A stretch of DNA of 24,000 bases. Source: Methanobacteriota archaeon. Its GTDB lineage: Archaea; Thermoplasmatota; Thermoplasmata; RBG-16-68-12; JAFNFQ01. Shown one piece after another: positions 1-8,880 of the stretch. Position numbers and translations under genes: made by a program. The notes below the pieces were generated by a model. It made no database searches. It saw nothing but the letters and a program-made list of their open reading frames with translations, and was not told the origin of the DNA. How positions within the stretch are numbered: position 1 is the stretch's first letter; the number at the start of each line of letters is the position of its first letter. The DNA is taken from assembly GCA_017885655.1 (NCBI GenBank), contig JAFNFQ010000029.1:2061-26060 (forward strand), written 5' to 3'.

Positions 1-1
1 C

Positions 2-1183
2 AAGTCCCTTTACACGCCCGCGGACGAAACGGACATGGTGTTTCTCGGGTTCGGAGCCTTCCTCGATCCGCCGAGGGAATCGGCCAAAGAGGCGCTCAAA
101 CTCCTTGGACGTGCGGGGGTTGAGCTCAAGATACTCACCGGCGACAACGAGCTCGTGACGGCGATGGTGTGCCACAGCCTCGGCTTCAGGCCTAAGGGCG
201 TCGCGACGGGGCACGAGATAGCCGAGATGACTGACGAGAAGCTCGCCGAGGTCGTCGAGAAGAGCAACGTCTTCACTCGGCTGACGCCGGACATGAAGAA
301 CAGGATAATCGGCATACTGAAGAAGAACGGGCACGTCGTCGGATTCTTGGGGGACGGGATCAACGACGCTCCCTCGCTCAAGACGTCTGATGTCGGCATA
401 TCCGTCGACACCGCCGTCGACGTCGCGAAGGAATCCGCGGACATCATCCTCCTGAAGAAGGACCTCAGGGTGCTCGCGGAGGGCGTCTTCGAGGGGAGGA
501 AGACGTTCGGGAACACGATGAAGTACGTGATGATGGGCACGAGTTCGAACTTCGGCAACATGTTCAGCGCGGCTGGCGCGGCGGTGTTCCTCCCGTTCCT
601 CCCGATGCTGCCAATCCAGATCCTGCTGAACAACCTGCTCTACGACATTTCGGAACTGGGCATACCAACGGACAACGTGGACCAGGAATACGTCGAGAAG
701 CCCCGCAAATGGGACATCAAGTTCATACGGAAATTCATGCTCACGTTCGGTCCGATAAGCTCGGTGTTCGACTTCCTTACTTTCTTCACGATGATCGCGT
801 ACTTCACGCTGCAGGAACCCCGCATGTTGGATGCATCCCTGTTCCAGACGGCCTGGTTCGTCGAGTCGCTGTCGACGCAGACGCTCATCATATTCGTTAT
901 ACGAACTCGGAGGATCCCGTTTTACAAGAGCAGGCCGAGCAGAATACTCACTGTGACGAGCATCGGAGTCGTCGCTCTTGCCTGGATCATACCGTACACG
1001 CCCCTCGGCGAACTATTCGGGTTCAAGCCCCTGCCTTGGGCGTTCCTGCTGGTGCTGCTGGGCATGATCGTGGTGTACATGACGCTGGTGGAGGTCATCA
1101 AGAAAGGTTTCTACAACAGCACCACCGCCAAGCAGCCGCCAGAGAGAGGAATGAAACCGAGGTCGAATCCAGCGAAGGTCTAG
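2..1183 (+). CDS. mgtA: C-terminal part of a P-type cation-transporting ATPase, MgtA/Mg2+-import-like (5' truncated by window edge)
   Basis: Frame 2 is open from the window edge. Contains ILTGDNELVT, GFLGDGINDAPSLKTSDVGISVD, and the C-terminal TM block NLLYDISELGIPTDNVDQEYVEKPRKWDIKFIRKFM...FVIRTRRIPF typical of MgtA-like P-type ATPases. Confidence 0.9.
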   Translation, partial: KSLYTPADETDMVFLGFGAFLDPPRESAKEALKLLGRAGVELKILTGDNELVTAMVCHSLGFRPKGVATGHEIAEMTDEKLAEVVEKSNVFTRLTPDMKNRIIGILKKNGHVVGFLGDGINDAPSLKTSDVGISVDTAVDVAKESADIILLKKDLRVLAEGVFEGRKTFGNTMKYVMMGTSSNFGNMFSAAGAAVFLPFLPMLPIQILLNNLLYDISELGIPTDNVDQEYVEKPRKWDIKFIRKFMLTFGPISSVFDFLTFFTMIAYFTLQEPRMLDASLFQTAWFVESLSTQTLIIFVIRTRRIPFYKSRPSRILTVTSIGVVALAWIIPYTPLGELFGFKPLPWAFLLVLLGMIVVYMTLVEVIKKGFYNSTTAKQPPERGMKPRSNPAKV

Positions 1184-1211
1184 AGCGGTCGCGCACCGTC
1201 ACCGGCTAGGG

Positions 1212-1219
1212 TTTTATAT
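1212..1219 (+). promoter_or_regulatory. archaeal TATA box for tRNA-Thr
   Basis: TTTTATAT centred about 28 nt upstream of the tRNA 5' end in a GC-rich background. Confidence 0.6.
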
Positions 1220-1243
1220 CGCCGGGTGCATGAACCAACCCGC

Positions 1244-1317
1244 GCCACCATAGCTCAGCTGGCCAGAGCAGCTGCCTTGTAAGCAGCGGGTCGGGAGTTC
1301 AAATCTCCCTGGTGGCT
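1244..1317 (+). tRNA. tRNA-Thr (anticodon TGT), intronless, CCA not encoded
   Basis: GCCACCA ... TGGTGGC acceptor stem, anticodon stem-loop GCTGC-CTTGTAA-GCAGC, T arm GGGAG-TTCAAAT-CTCCC, discriminator T. Confidence 0.95.
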
Positions 1318-1330
1318 CTTCGACTGTTGA

Positions 1331-1885
1331 CTCGGAGGGCAAAGGCAGAGAGGATGCATTGCCCCCGCGAAAAAGAAATCGAAACGAGCGATCCAACATC
1401 CCGACGATACTTCGATTTGTCCGCTCGCCTTCCCAGGGTCTGGAGGAGTCATCGTTCTCAAGGACCCCGTCGCTGACGTGGCTCCGGGCATTCTTCCAGC
1501 AGAGGGATATCTCAGCGCGCTCGATGCGCGGGGCTTGCTCAAGGACGCGAAGTTCATCAACGTCGGTTACGGCACGGACGAGAGCATGCCGGCGAACAGG
1601 AAGTCCTATCCTGGGCCTGACGCGAGGTGGTCCTCCGTCTCGGGGTTCAGGTCTTTGCATGACGCCTGGCTGTATATGTCCGGGAACCCGCACCTGGGTT
1701 ATGGCGGGACGTGCTACGGTGATTCAGGTGGACCGACACTGCACAAGGACGCGGCGGGAGTGGAGACGATAGTGGCGCTCACTGTCTGGGGAGACGCGCC
1801 GTGCAAGTCGACGAACAACAACTACAGGGTGGACACGGGGGAGTCGCTGGCTTTCGTCCTAGATATGATCGGGCGCAATGGTTAG
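1331..1885 (+). pseudogene. C-terminal remnant of a trypsin/chymotrypsin-fold serine protease (Ser motif present, His/Asp region absent)
   Basis: GYGGTCYGDSGGPTLHKDAAGVETIVALTVWG is a classical GDSGGP catalytic-Ser block. Homology-like sequence (HPDD...GGVIVLKDPVADVAPGILP) begins upstream of the first GTG (1478), but no canonical start exists between the TGA at 1328 and 1478, and no N-terminal half is present. Confidence 0.65.
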
Positions 1886-1910
1886 ATAACTTCACTCATT
1901 TTCCCGCCGC

Positions 1911-2636
1911 ATGGCAGTCGACATCAAAGCGGAGAGGGCGTGGATCGTCTCGCGCCTCAAAGCGCTCGGAAAGCCCGGCGGCAATCCCAAGTTGCAGGCC
2001 TACATCGGGTCGCCCTATCCCGTGCTCGGCCTCTCGACCCCGCAATTCAGAGACCTGCACAAGGAATTCAGGAGCAGGCAGTCGGGACTCAAAGCCTCTG
2101 AAGTGAATGCACTGGCGAAGGCGCTGTGGTCCGGCGGCACATGGGAGGAAAAGGCGTTCGCAATTGGCATCCTCAGCAGGAACGAGGGGGTGCTTGACGA
2201 GTCCTCTTGGAAACTGATGGACCAGATGGTGGATCAGGCGATCGGCTGGGCGCTCAGCGACGGCCTAGCCTCCGGTCCAGTAGGCGCATACGTGCACTCG
2301 CATCCCGCCAAGTTCAAGGATTTGATCAAGTGGACGAGAGCCGAGCACTTCTGGCGGCGGCGGGCATCCACTTACGCACTCAGCGAGTTCGTGAGCGCGC
2401 GTGAACTGGACAAACCATTCAGGCTGCTGGAGAAGCTCCTCTACGACAGTGAGTTCTGGGTCCAGAGGGCGGTGGGGACGTGGCTGAGGGAGTGCTGGAA
2501 GAAGGATCAGAAGAGGACAGAGGCATTCCTGAGGAAGCACGTCAAGGGACTGCCGCCGGTCACGATCACGGTTGCGACCGAGCGAGCGTCCAAGAGCTTC
2601 AGGGAGGAATTGAGAAGGAACAGCAAGCGAGGTTAG
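1911..2636 (+). CDS. DNA alkylation repair enzyme, AlkD-like HEAT-repeat family
   Basis: 241 aa; SPYPVLGLSTPQFRDLHKEF, WEEKAFAIGILSR, WALSDGLASGPVGAYV, WTRAEHFWRRRASTYAL, RAVGTWLRECWKKD are typical of the AlkC/AlkD family. Confidence 0.85.
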   Translation: MAVDIKAERAWIVSRLKALGKPGGNPKLQAYIGSPYPVLGLSTPQFRDLHKEFRSRQSGLKASEVNALAKALWSGGTWEEKAFAIGILSRNEGVLDESSWKLMDQMVDQAIGWALSDGLASGPVGAYVHSHPAKFKDLIKWTRAEHFWRRRASTYALSEFVSARELDKPFRLLEKLLYDSEFWVQRAVGTWLRECWKKDQKRTEAFLRKHVKGLPPVTITVATERASKSFREELRRNSKRG

Positions 2637-2730
2637 AGTCACATCCACGGATTCGCTTCGACATTATGATGTGGGTTCTCGCGATGGTTTTTCGTGTCAT
2701 TTCCCATCCCGGTCGCACGACATCAGACCG

Positions 2731-3189
2731 TCATGACTTGGCTTCCGACGTCGCTGAAATCAGCGTTGCGTGATCAACGCACTCGAAGCCTTCCTTCTGG
2801 AGTATATCGACGCCGTGTTCTGGCGGCACTCCTCCGATAGCAATCAGCACCACGACCTTCCCGCGAACTGGCTTCGCGGCGGTGTAGGAGTATTGGATAT
2901 TTGCGCCGTGCGCGGCAAGCGCGGCCGAGACTTTCCAGAACTCGCCCGGCTGATCGGCGACCAGGACCGCGACGAGCTTCGACTCCGTCACGGCGAGGTT
3001 GTGCTTGACCAGAGCTTCCCTCGCGACCTTGGGCTTGTCGAGGACGATTCGCACCGTGGATCCACCGACGTCCTCGCGCACCATGATTGCGTGCATGTTC
3101 ACGCCGGCCTCGGCGATTGCGCGGGAAAGCTTCTCGAGCTCGCCAGGGCGGTTTGGCAGGAGGACCTGTGTCTGGATGACGAATGACAT
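2731..3189 (-). CDS. tandem ACT-domain protein (probable amino-acid-responsive regulator)
   Basis: VLLPNRPGELEKLSRAIAEAGVNMHAIMVRED... and VLVADQPGEFWKVSAALAAHGANIQYSYTA are two ACT-like units. Start taken at MSFVIQ (3189). Confidence 0.8.
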   Translation of the reverse strand: MSFVIQTQVLLPNRPGELEKLSRAIAEAGVNMHAIMVREDVGGSTVRIVLDKPKVAREALVKHNLAVTESKLVAVLVADQPGEFWKVSAALAAHGANIQYSYTAAKPVRGKVVVLIAIGGVPPEHGVDILQKEGFECVDHATLISATSEAKS

Positions 3190-3338
3190 GCGAGGACGAA
3201 GAGGCGCCTCTACCCGATAAAGTCTTTCTGCATGGCGAGGTTCTGGCCCGGGTATCCATATCAACTCGATGGTCGGTTCACCCGCTATCCCTCTCCTTCA
3301 TGATGGGGTGTGCTGGCAGACATCAGATGCGTCCGCAA

Positions 3339-3430
3339 CCGCAATCTACTTCAGTAGTTTCACGTCATGTCACGCAAGCATCCTTCCACAACGAGACCAT
3401 CCTTTCTAATTGTGGACGGTCTCATTTTTC
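3339..3430 (-). repeat. dispersed ~92-bp element, copy A (frameshifted coding-like remnant with hairpin)
   Basis: About 75% identical to 8881-8973. Shares CCGCAATCTACTTCAG, GCATCCyTCCACAAC and a GGAC-containing hairpin followed by a T run on the plus strand. Confidence 0.7.
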
Positions 3431-3533
3431 CAGATGTCCCTTCGAACAGAGTCAAGCACGGTTGAGGACGAGTGACATTGGTGGGAATGGACTCCACTAA
3501 GCACAGCTTCTTGGAAAGCGCCATGGCGCGACA

Positions 3534-4127
3534 TCAGACGGTCCGCCCTCGCGTAGGCGAGCGGGAGGGGATCAGTGGAGACTCAAGCGGCGACGAGGTC
3601 CTTCCCTGCTCCTCATCCGTCACCATCTCCCTCGCCAAGTAACTGATGGCCTCCTTCACGTTCTCGCCGGTCTTGGCGCTGGTCTTGAGAAAGCGAAGGG
3701 CATGCGAGTTGCAGAATCTCTGGACGTCTTCGTCGAGCGACCGGTCTGCCATTTCGAAGTCTACTTTATTGGCCATGACGACGGTCGGGATCTTGCCCAC
3801 GGACGACTGCACGCTGCGTATCCAATCATCCAGCGAGTCGAGCGTCTTAGGCCTGGTCAGGTCGAACACCGCGACGATCCCCCTGACGTGGTTGAAGTAG
3901 GCTGCCTTGAACAGCTCCATGAAGTCCTTGCGGCCCATGATGTCCCAGATCATCAGGGTGATCCTGCACCCCATCTCCGGGAGATCGACTTCCCTCTTGG
4001 AAACCATGGTGCCAACGGTTCTGATGTAGGCCTCGTCAAATGTGTTGCACGCGAACCGGCGGATGAGACACGACTTCCCGACTCCCTCGTCCCCGACCAG
4101 GCACACCTTTCGCTTCATCTCGAGCAT
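3534..4127 (-). CDS. Ras/Rab-like small GTPase
   Basis: G1 GDEGVGKS, G3 WDIMGRKD, G4 MANKVD, G5 TSAKTGENV. Start taken at MLEMKRKVCLVGDEG (4127); the longer ORF start is unsupported. Confidence 0.88.
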   Translation of the reverse strand: MLEMKRKVCLVGDEGVGKSCLIRRFACNTFDEAYIRTVGTMVSKREVDLPEMGCRITLMIWDIMGRKDFMELFKAAYFNHVRGIVAVFDLTRPKTLDSLDDWIRSVQSSVGKIPTVVMANKVDFEMADRSLDEDVQRFCNSHALRFLKTSAKTGENVKEAISYLAREMVTDEEQGRTSSPLESPLIPSRSPTRGRTV

Positions 4128-4149
4128 TTCAGACTCAACCGGCGTAGTC

Positions 4150-4509
4150 TCACGTCCCGCCGTAGTGCCAGAACGTCTCGACCTCGATGCCCCGTTCGGC
4201 TGTGATGCGCTTGGCTGTCTCCAGGCACGATTGGGGAATCGTGACATGCAGCGTCGCCCACTCCGCGAAGTCCTCCAGCTGTTCCCTCGTCTCCGGCTGC
4301 TCGATCGTCTCGCAGGTCTCAACCTCGTTGTAGACCACCTTCCCGCGGTACTCGACCATGATGTCGGGGACGTGCCTGCCCACCACGGGCGGCGTCGGCC
4401 AGCCGTCCAGGTCCGCGGCCACGACCCTCGACCCCTCTTTCTGGTACGTCTGGATCTGCAGCAGGAGCATCCGGTCGTGGAGCTCCTTGTCCGAATCGCT
4501 GACTCTCAT
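4150..4509 (-). CDS. conserved-looking small protein, possibly PD-(D/E)XK-like fold
   Basis: VPDIMVEYRGKVVYNEVETCETIEQPETREQLEDFAEWATLHVTIP resembles a PD...(D/E)x(E/K) core. Lies 22 nt upstream of the GTPase in the same direction. Confidence 0.5.
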   Translation of the reverse strand: MRVSDSDKELHDRMLLLQIQTYQKEGSRVVAADLDGWPTPPVVGRHVPDIMVEYRGKVVYNEVETCETIEQPETREQLEDFAEWATLHVTIPQSCLETAKRITAERGIEVETFWHYGGT

Positions 4510-4726
4510 GGATTTTCTCGGTGGAAACAGTCTCCGGGGGGTCTTTAAGCGCGATGTGGACATGTCCACCCCGAGCCAAAGTCAGCACCATAAGGACGGA
4601 TTCTCTCATCTCCCGGGCAAGCGCTGGGAAGGCTGTCCAGAGAGAGGAGGACCGGGCGCGTTAGGAACCTAGGCTCCCTACACGCCCGGAAGCATCCCCC
4701 ACAATAGGCCGCGCATCAGTCCTAAT

Positions 4727-5098
4727 TCACCATCCCGTCACAGCTATGCCGTCCAGTCCCCAACGCTCCAGGTTGGACAGCAACCGCCAGCGCAGGGGCC
4801 AGGGCACGTACACCCTTGTCTCGCCACGTTCGTGCGAGTCCCGAAGCTTCTCTCTCGTTTCCTCAAGGTCGACCTCTTTCTCCAAGAGGATCAGGACCCG
4901 AACCGTTCGAGAACCCTTTGCCGCCCTGATGATCGGGGAGCCTGCTCCCTCCTTTGCCCGGATGGCGGTAGCCCGGAACTCGATGAATCCTTCCTTCTCC
5001 AATAGAGCCTGGCAGCGGCTGACCGCTTTCATTCTGTCTGCATCCGACACGACTCCCTTTCTGGGCATGATCATCTGCATCGCTTGCATGGTTCTCAT
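4727..5098 (-). CDS. hypothetical small protein
   Basis: Start chosen among the Met cluster MRTMQAMQMIMPRKG (5098/5089/5074). Divergent from the STAND gene; no family recognised. Confidence 0.5.
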   Translation of the reverse strand: MRTMQAMQMIMPRKGVVSDADRMKAVSRCQALLEKEGFIEFRATAIRAKEGAGSPIIRAAKGSRTVRVLILLEKEVDLEETREKLRDSHERGETRVYVPWPLRWRLLSNLERWGLDGIAVTGW

Positions 5099-5113
5099 GT
5101 TCGATTCGAGACC

Positions 5114-5120
5114 TTTAATA
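5114..5120. promoter_or_regulatory. TATA-like element between divergent genes
   Basis: TTTAATA lies about 27 nt upstream of ATG 5144 (+). Its reverse complement TATTAAA is also suitably placed for the leftward gene. Confidence 0.45.
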
Positions 5121-5143
5121 CCGCAGTGGAACTGTCCACCGCG

Positions 5144-7726
5144 ATGGCTCTGGAGGTGACCGTGGCGGAGCGGTGCCTGCTCTACTTGCTCGACAGGGTG
5201 GGAATTGCCAAGAGCGATCCGGCGTCCGAACAGCTCGTACAAGACCGCATCGCGGAGGTCATTGGTGCCCGTCGCCCGCACGTGTCGAGGGCTCTCAACC
5301 AGCTGGCGAGAGCAGGGCATGTTGACATCGAGAAGGTCCACGTACGAGGGAAGAACAGGAGGGTGCTGGGGTACTTCCTCACTCCGAATGGGGTGCGCAA
5401 GGCAGGAGGGATCAAGAGACTGGTCGAAGAGAAGAAGGTGACCGTAGTCGACCTCGAGGGCAATGAGAAGAGGCTCAGGCTCTTCGAGGCTAGGTCGCTT
5501 CTGGCGCGGAAGCCAAGGCTACTTCAGCTCGCCATGGGCGTGCAGGACGGTCGAATCGACCTGCGCCGCTTCCTGAACCTGGATAAGCGCATGCAAGGCG
5601 GGATGATGTACGACGTTGAAGAGGTGATCTCGGTCCCCCACTTCTCTGGGCGGGAAGATACCCTCGCCCGCCTCGACGGTTTCATGAAGGAGCCGAGTAG
5701 ACGGGGATTCCTGCTCGTGGGCCTGCCGGGCGTCGGCAAGACCGCTCTGGCGTCAAAGTGGGTGGCGGGAGTCAAGGGCCAAATGCATGTTCTGTGGCGT
5801 CGCGTGCAGCCCGGGAGGACGGCCAGCGACACCCTGCGCGACCTGGCAAGAGTCCTCAATGCCGCCGGCAGGCCTGCCCTCATGGAGTCTCTGCAGCAGC
5901 CTGCACAAGATTGGAGGGCGAGGTCGGTCGAGCTCCTCAAGCGGGACCTCCGTGGGATAGTCGTCCTTCTGGTTCTCGACAATGCTCACCTGGCTTCCGA
6001 GGACTTGGGGACACTTGTGTCCGAGATACTCGCAATCGAACCTGCCAACGCAAGTATCAAGGTAATCCTTCTCGGGCGAGAGCGTTGCCAGTTCATCAGG
6101 GCGGAGGACATCGCGAGGGGGAGAGTCCTCCAAGAGGAATTGCCGGATCTCTCCCAGTCTGAAGCTGAACGCATGATGGCGGCGCTGGAAGTGGACAGGG
6201 CGCGTCGAGGTCGCATTTGGGAAGTGTGCGGCGGGCACCCGCTTTCGATCGAACTAGCTGCAGAAGGTGGTGTGTCGGTCGACGCAGTCAAGGAAACATC
6301 CGCATCAAGACTGGCGCAAGAAGTGTTGTCAAGGCTAGATCCCAGGCTGCGCGAGGCCCTGGTCTTCGCCTCTGTCTTCGAGGGTTCAATTCCATTGAGC
6401 CTGCTCGGCGGTCACGGTCGCGAACTGGTCAGGTTGTGCCTCCTTCGGGACGCCGGGAACGGCCGGGCGAGCATGCACGACCTGGTAAGAGCAGCTACGG
6501 TCCGGGGTGCGTCGTCGCAAGAACTCGGAGCCTTCCACAGGCGTGCCGGTGAGTTCCTGGCGAGCAGCAAGGAACCCGGAGAAGCACTGGAAGCCGCTAG
6601 GCATTTCGTGGAATCGGAGGCGTATCCGGAAGCCGAGATCCTTGTCTCCACGAGGGGGCAGGAATTCATCGATGCGGGACTCGCCGAGATGCTGCTCTCG
6701 ACGCTTGAGAAATTGGCATGGACATCGAAGACCACCAAGAGGGAGCCCCCGCTGTCGTTGCTCCGGGCGCAAGCCTTGTTCGCGCTCGGCCGGTGGGCGG
6801 CTGCGTCCAAGGCGTACGAGCTCTGTTCGGGATTCAGGGATGGGCGGATCGCGGCGGAGGCGCTGCTGGGACAGGGCAAGGCGGAGGTTCAGAGACACTC
6901 GCCTCTGGCAGGCAATCACTTGAAGAGGGCGAAACAGAGGTTGGAGCGACTCGGTGCCCTCAGACTGCTTGTGGAGGCAGAGTACTGGGTTGGCGGACAA
7001 CTCGAGGAGACAGGAAGGATCGATGGCGCGCGCGAGGCCTACGAACGGGGCAGAGCGGTTGCCATACAGGTTGGCGATAGACGGTGGGAAGGCCTTTGCA
7101 CCTACGGAATCGGCGGCATCCTCTCGCTCAAGAAGGACTATGCTGGCGCGGCCGAAGAGGACGAGGAGGCGCTGCGACTGCTCGAACGTGACGGTCAGCG
7201 ATTGGAAATCGCCAAGGTGTGCAGTGGATTGGGCGGGGAGTTGATGGAGCTCGGGCGGTATGAGGAATCCGAGAAGTATCTCATGCGCGCAATCGCAGAA
7301 TCACGGGCGACCGGGGCAGTTGGTGTGCTCGCATCCGCGCTGTTCAACTTGGCGGGTCTCCGGAACGAACTGGGCCGAGGTGACGAGGCGATTCCCCTGT
7401 TCACGGAGGCTCTTTCCGAGTTTGACGCGCAGGATAAGTCTTATGAGGCCGCCCTGTGCGCTGCGTGGCTCGCTTCCTATTCATGGATGGCGGGACACGA
7501 GGAGATCGGAAATGAATACGCACGGCGGGCTCGACGGTTGCTTTCCAGGACATTGGAGCCTGCACTCCGGGTCAGGGCGTTGCGCACCTTCGCTCGCGCC
7601 GCGCTGAAGGCGGGCAATAAGGTCACCGCTCGAAAGCATCTTCGTGAAGCCCTCGCCGCCGCCAGAAAGGCCCATCTGGGAAGGGGCGGGTCCGATCTGA
7701 CGGCGGAACTGGACAAGTTGGGCTAG
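5144..7726 (+). CDS. wHTH - STAND/NB-ARC-like ATPase - TPR repeat protein
   Basis: N-terminal MarR-like wHTH (IGARRPHVSRALNQLARAGHVDIEK), Walker A GLPGVGKTALA, Walker B VVLLVLDNAH, sensor-like VILLGRER, WEVCGGHPLSIELAA (GxP motif), C-terminal TPR array. Confidence 0.85.
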   Translation: MALEVTVAERCLLYLLDRVGIAKSDPASEQLVQDRIAEVIGARRPHVSRALNQLARAGHVDIEKVHVRGKNRRVLGYFLTPNGVRKAGGIKRLVEEKKVTVVDLEGNEKRLRLFEARSLLARKPRLLQLAMGVQDGRIDLRRFLNLDKRMQGGMMYDVEEVISVPHFSGREDTLARLDGFMKEPSRRGFLLVGLPGVGKTALASKWVAGVKGQMHVLWRRVQPGRTASDTLRDLARVLNAAGRPALMESLQQPAQDWRARSVELLKRDLRGIVVLLVLDNAHLASEDLGTLVSEILAIEPANASIKVILLGRERCQFIRAEDIARGRVLQEELPDLSQSEAERMMAALEVDRARRGRIWEVCGGHPLSIELAAEGGVSVDAVKETSASRLAQEVLSRLDPRLREALVFASVFEGSIPLSLLGGHGRELVRLCLLRDAGNGRASMHDLVRAATVRGASSQELGAFHRRAGEFLASSKEPGEALEAARHFVESEAYPEAEILVSTRGQEFIDAGLAEMLLSTLEKLAWTSKTTKREPPLSLLRAQALFALGRWAAASKAYELCSGFRDGRIAAEALLGQGKAEVQRHSPLAGNHLKRAKQRLERLGALRLLVEAEYWVGGQLEETGRIDGAREAYERGRAVAIQVGDRRWEGLCTYGIGGILSLKKDYAGAAEEDEEALRLLERDGQRLEIAKVCSGLGGELMELGRYEESEKYLMRAIAESRATGAVGVLASALFNLAGLRNELGRGDEAIPLFTEALSEFDAQDKSYEAALCAAWLASYSWMAGHEEIGNEYARRARRLLSRTLEPALRVRALRTFARAALKAGNKVTARKHLREALAAARKAHLGRGGSDLTAELDKLG

Positions 7727-8079
7727 CCTGTCGTGCAGATCGCCGGGTCTGACAACTCAGATGCGATTCCGTCATTGTAGACCGCTTTCACGGCGAAATT
7801 GTATAATGTCATGCTCACCAGACCGGAAACGGTGTAATACGTTACCGTCACCAGATTCTGATTCGCTTTGACATAGTCTGGGTCACCGGGAGCTTTCTTA
7901 TAGATGTTGTATCCCGTGAGGTTGGCATCCAAGACTGCCTCCCAGGAGACTTGGGCCGAGTTGGAAGAGCAGGCCGCATTTACTGACTTCGGTCTGATGT
8001 GACCTGTCTCCGATTCACCCATGACCATTCCGGCCATCATCACGCACGCAAGCACCACCACGAATGTTTTCGGAATCAT
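7723..8079 (-). CDS. small secreted protein with a fibronectin type III-like domain
   Basis: Signal peptide MIPKTFVVVLACVMMAGMVMG; NAACSSNSAQVSWEAVLDANLTGYNIYKKAPGDPDY...VTYYTVSGLVSMTLYNFAVKAVYNDGIASELS is FN3-like. Overlaps the STAND stop by 4 nt. Confidence 0.7.
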   Translation of the reverse strand: MIPKTFVVVLACVMMAGMVMGESETGHIRPKSVNAACSSNSAQVSWEAVLDANLTGYNIYKKAPGDPDYVKANQNLVTVTYYTVSGLVSMTLYNFAVKAVYNDGIASELSDPAICTTG

Positions 8080-8336
8080 GGCTCACCTGCGTCGATAGGC
8101 TTGGTGCGGTGTGATTAAAGCGCCGTGGACATGTCCATATGTCCGAACTGACTGGTTTCCCCCCATGCGTGTCGGGTCCGCCGCGCGTCAGAATCACCGC
8201 GCTCGGTGACACTCCTACCACTCTTCGTGCAACTTTGCGCACATTGAGGCTCCTCAAGAGAACTCGTTAATCATTGTCAGGCGTCCGCCGAATCCTGTCC
8301 ATGTGTGCAGTTCTCGCAAGATAGCAGCCGCCGCCT

Positions 8337-8879
8337 TTGCCACATCCTCTGAGGTTTCCTTCAGCTTGGACCGCCACGGACTCCGGCTGCGGTGTGAACG
8401 TCACGATGTACAGGATAGACGGCGGGAGCTGGACGGTCTACACAGGCGGCTTCACCCTTGCCGAGGGGGAGCACACCATATTCTACTACTCGATCGACAA
8501 CCTGGGCAACGTCGAGCAGGAGAGGTCGCTGGCCGTCAGGCCGACGACTGAAGTGGCGGTGAACTACAAGCCGATGATGGCGCTGTTGTTCGCTGTCATC
8601 CTGCTCGTGGCGGGAGTATGGTCGTCCAAGAAGAGACCATGGAAAGGCGGGAAGGAAAAGAAATCGGTATTAAAGGCCTTCGTTCTCACGTCGTTGCCCT
8701 TCGTTCTTGTCGAGGCCGCCACGGGCATCCTCTCCCTCCCGTTCGAGCCTCTCAGGATCCCGCCTCTGGTCGGTTGGGGCGCGGGCGTGGACTGCACCAT
8801 ATTGGCGGCTGGCCTCCTCTTCCTTGTCGATAGGTTGGTTTGGAAACATGAAAGCAAGGTCGAGCAATCTCCCAGCTGA
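8337..8879 (+). pseudogene. truncated surface protein remnant: OmpL47/Ig-like repeat end plus TM segments
   Basis: TATDSGCGVNVTMYRIDGGSWTVYTGGFTLAEGEHTIFYYSIDNLGNVE, then two or more hydrophobic segments. No N-terminal signal; the domain start appears to lie in another frame (EVSFSL / TATDSG junction near 8365). Confidence 0.5.
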
Positions 8880-8880
8880 G

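Noticed and set aside
3339-3430. Simple intrinsic terminator
   Set aside because: The hairpin plus T-run fits, but conservation extends ~50 bp beyond it and shows synonymous-type divergence on the minus strand. A terminator alone does not explain the element.
6386-7000. 204-aa minus ORF inside the STAND gene
   Set aside because: Antisense shadow ORF of a clearly coding high-GC gene.
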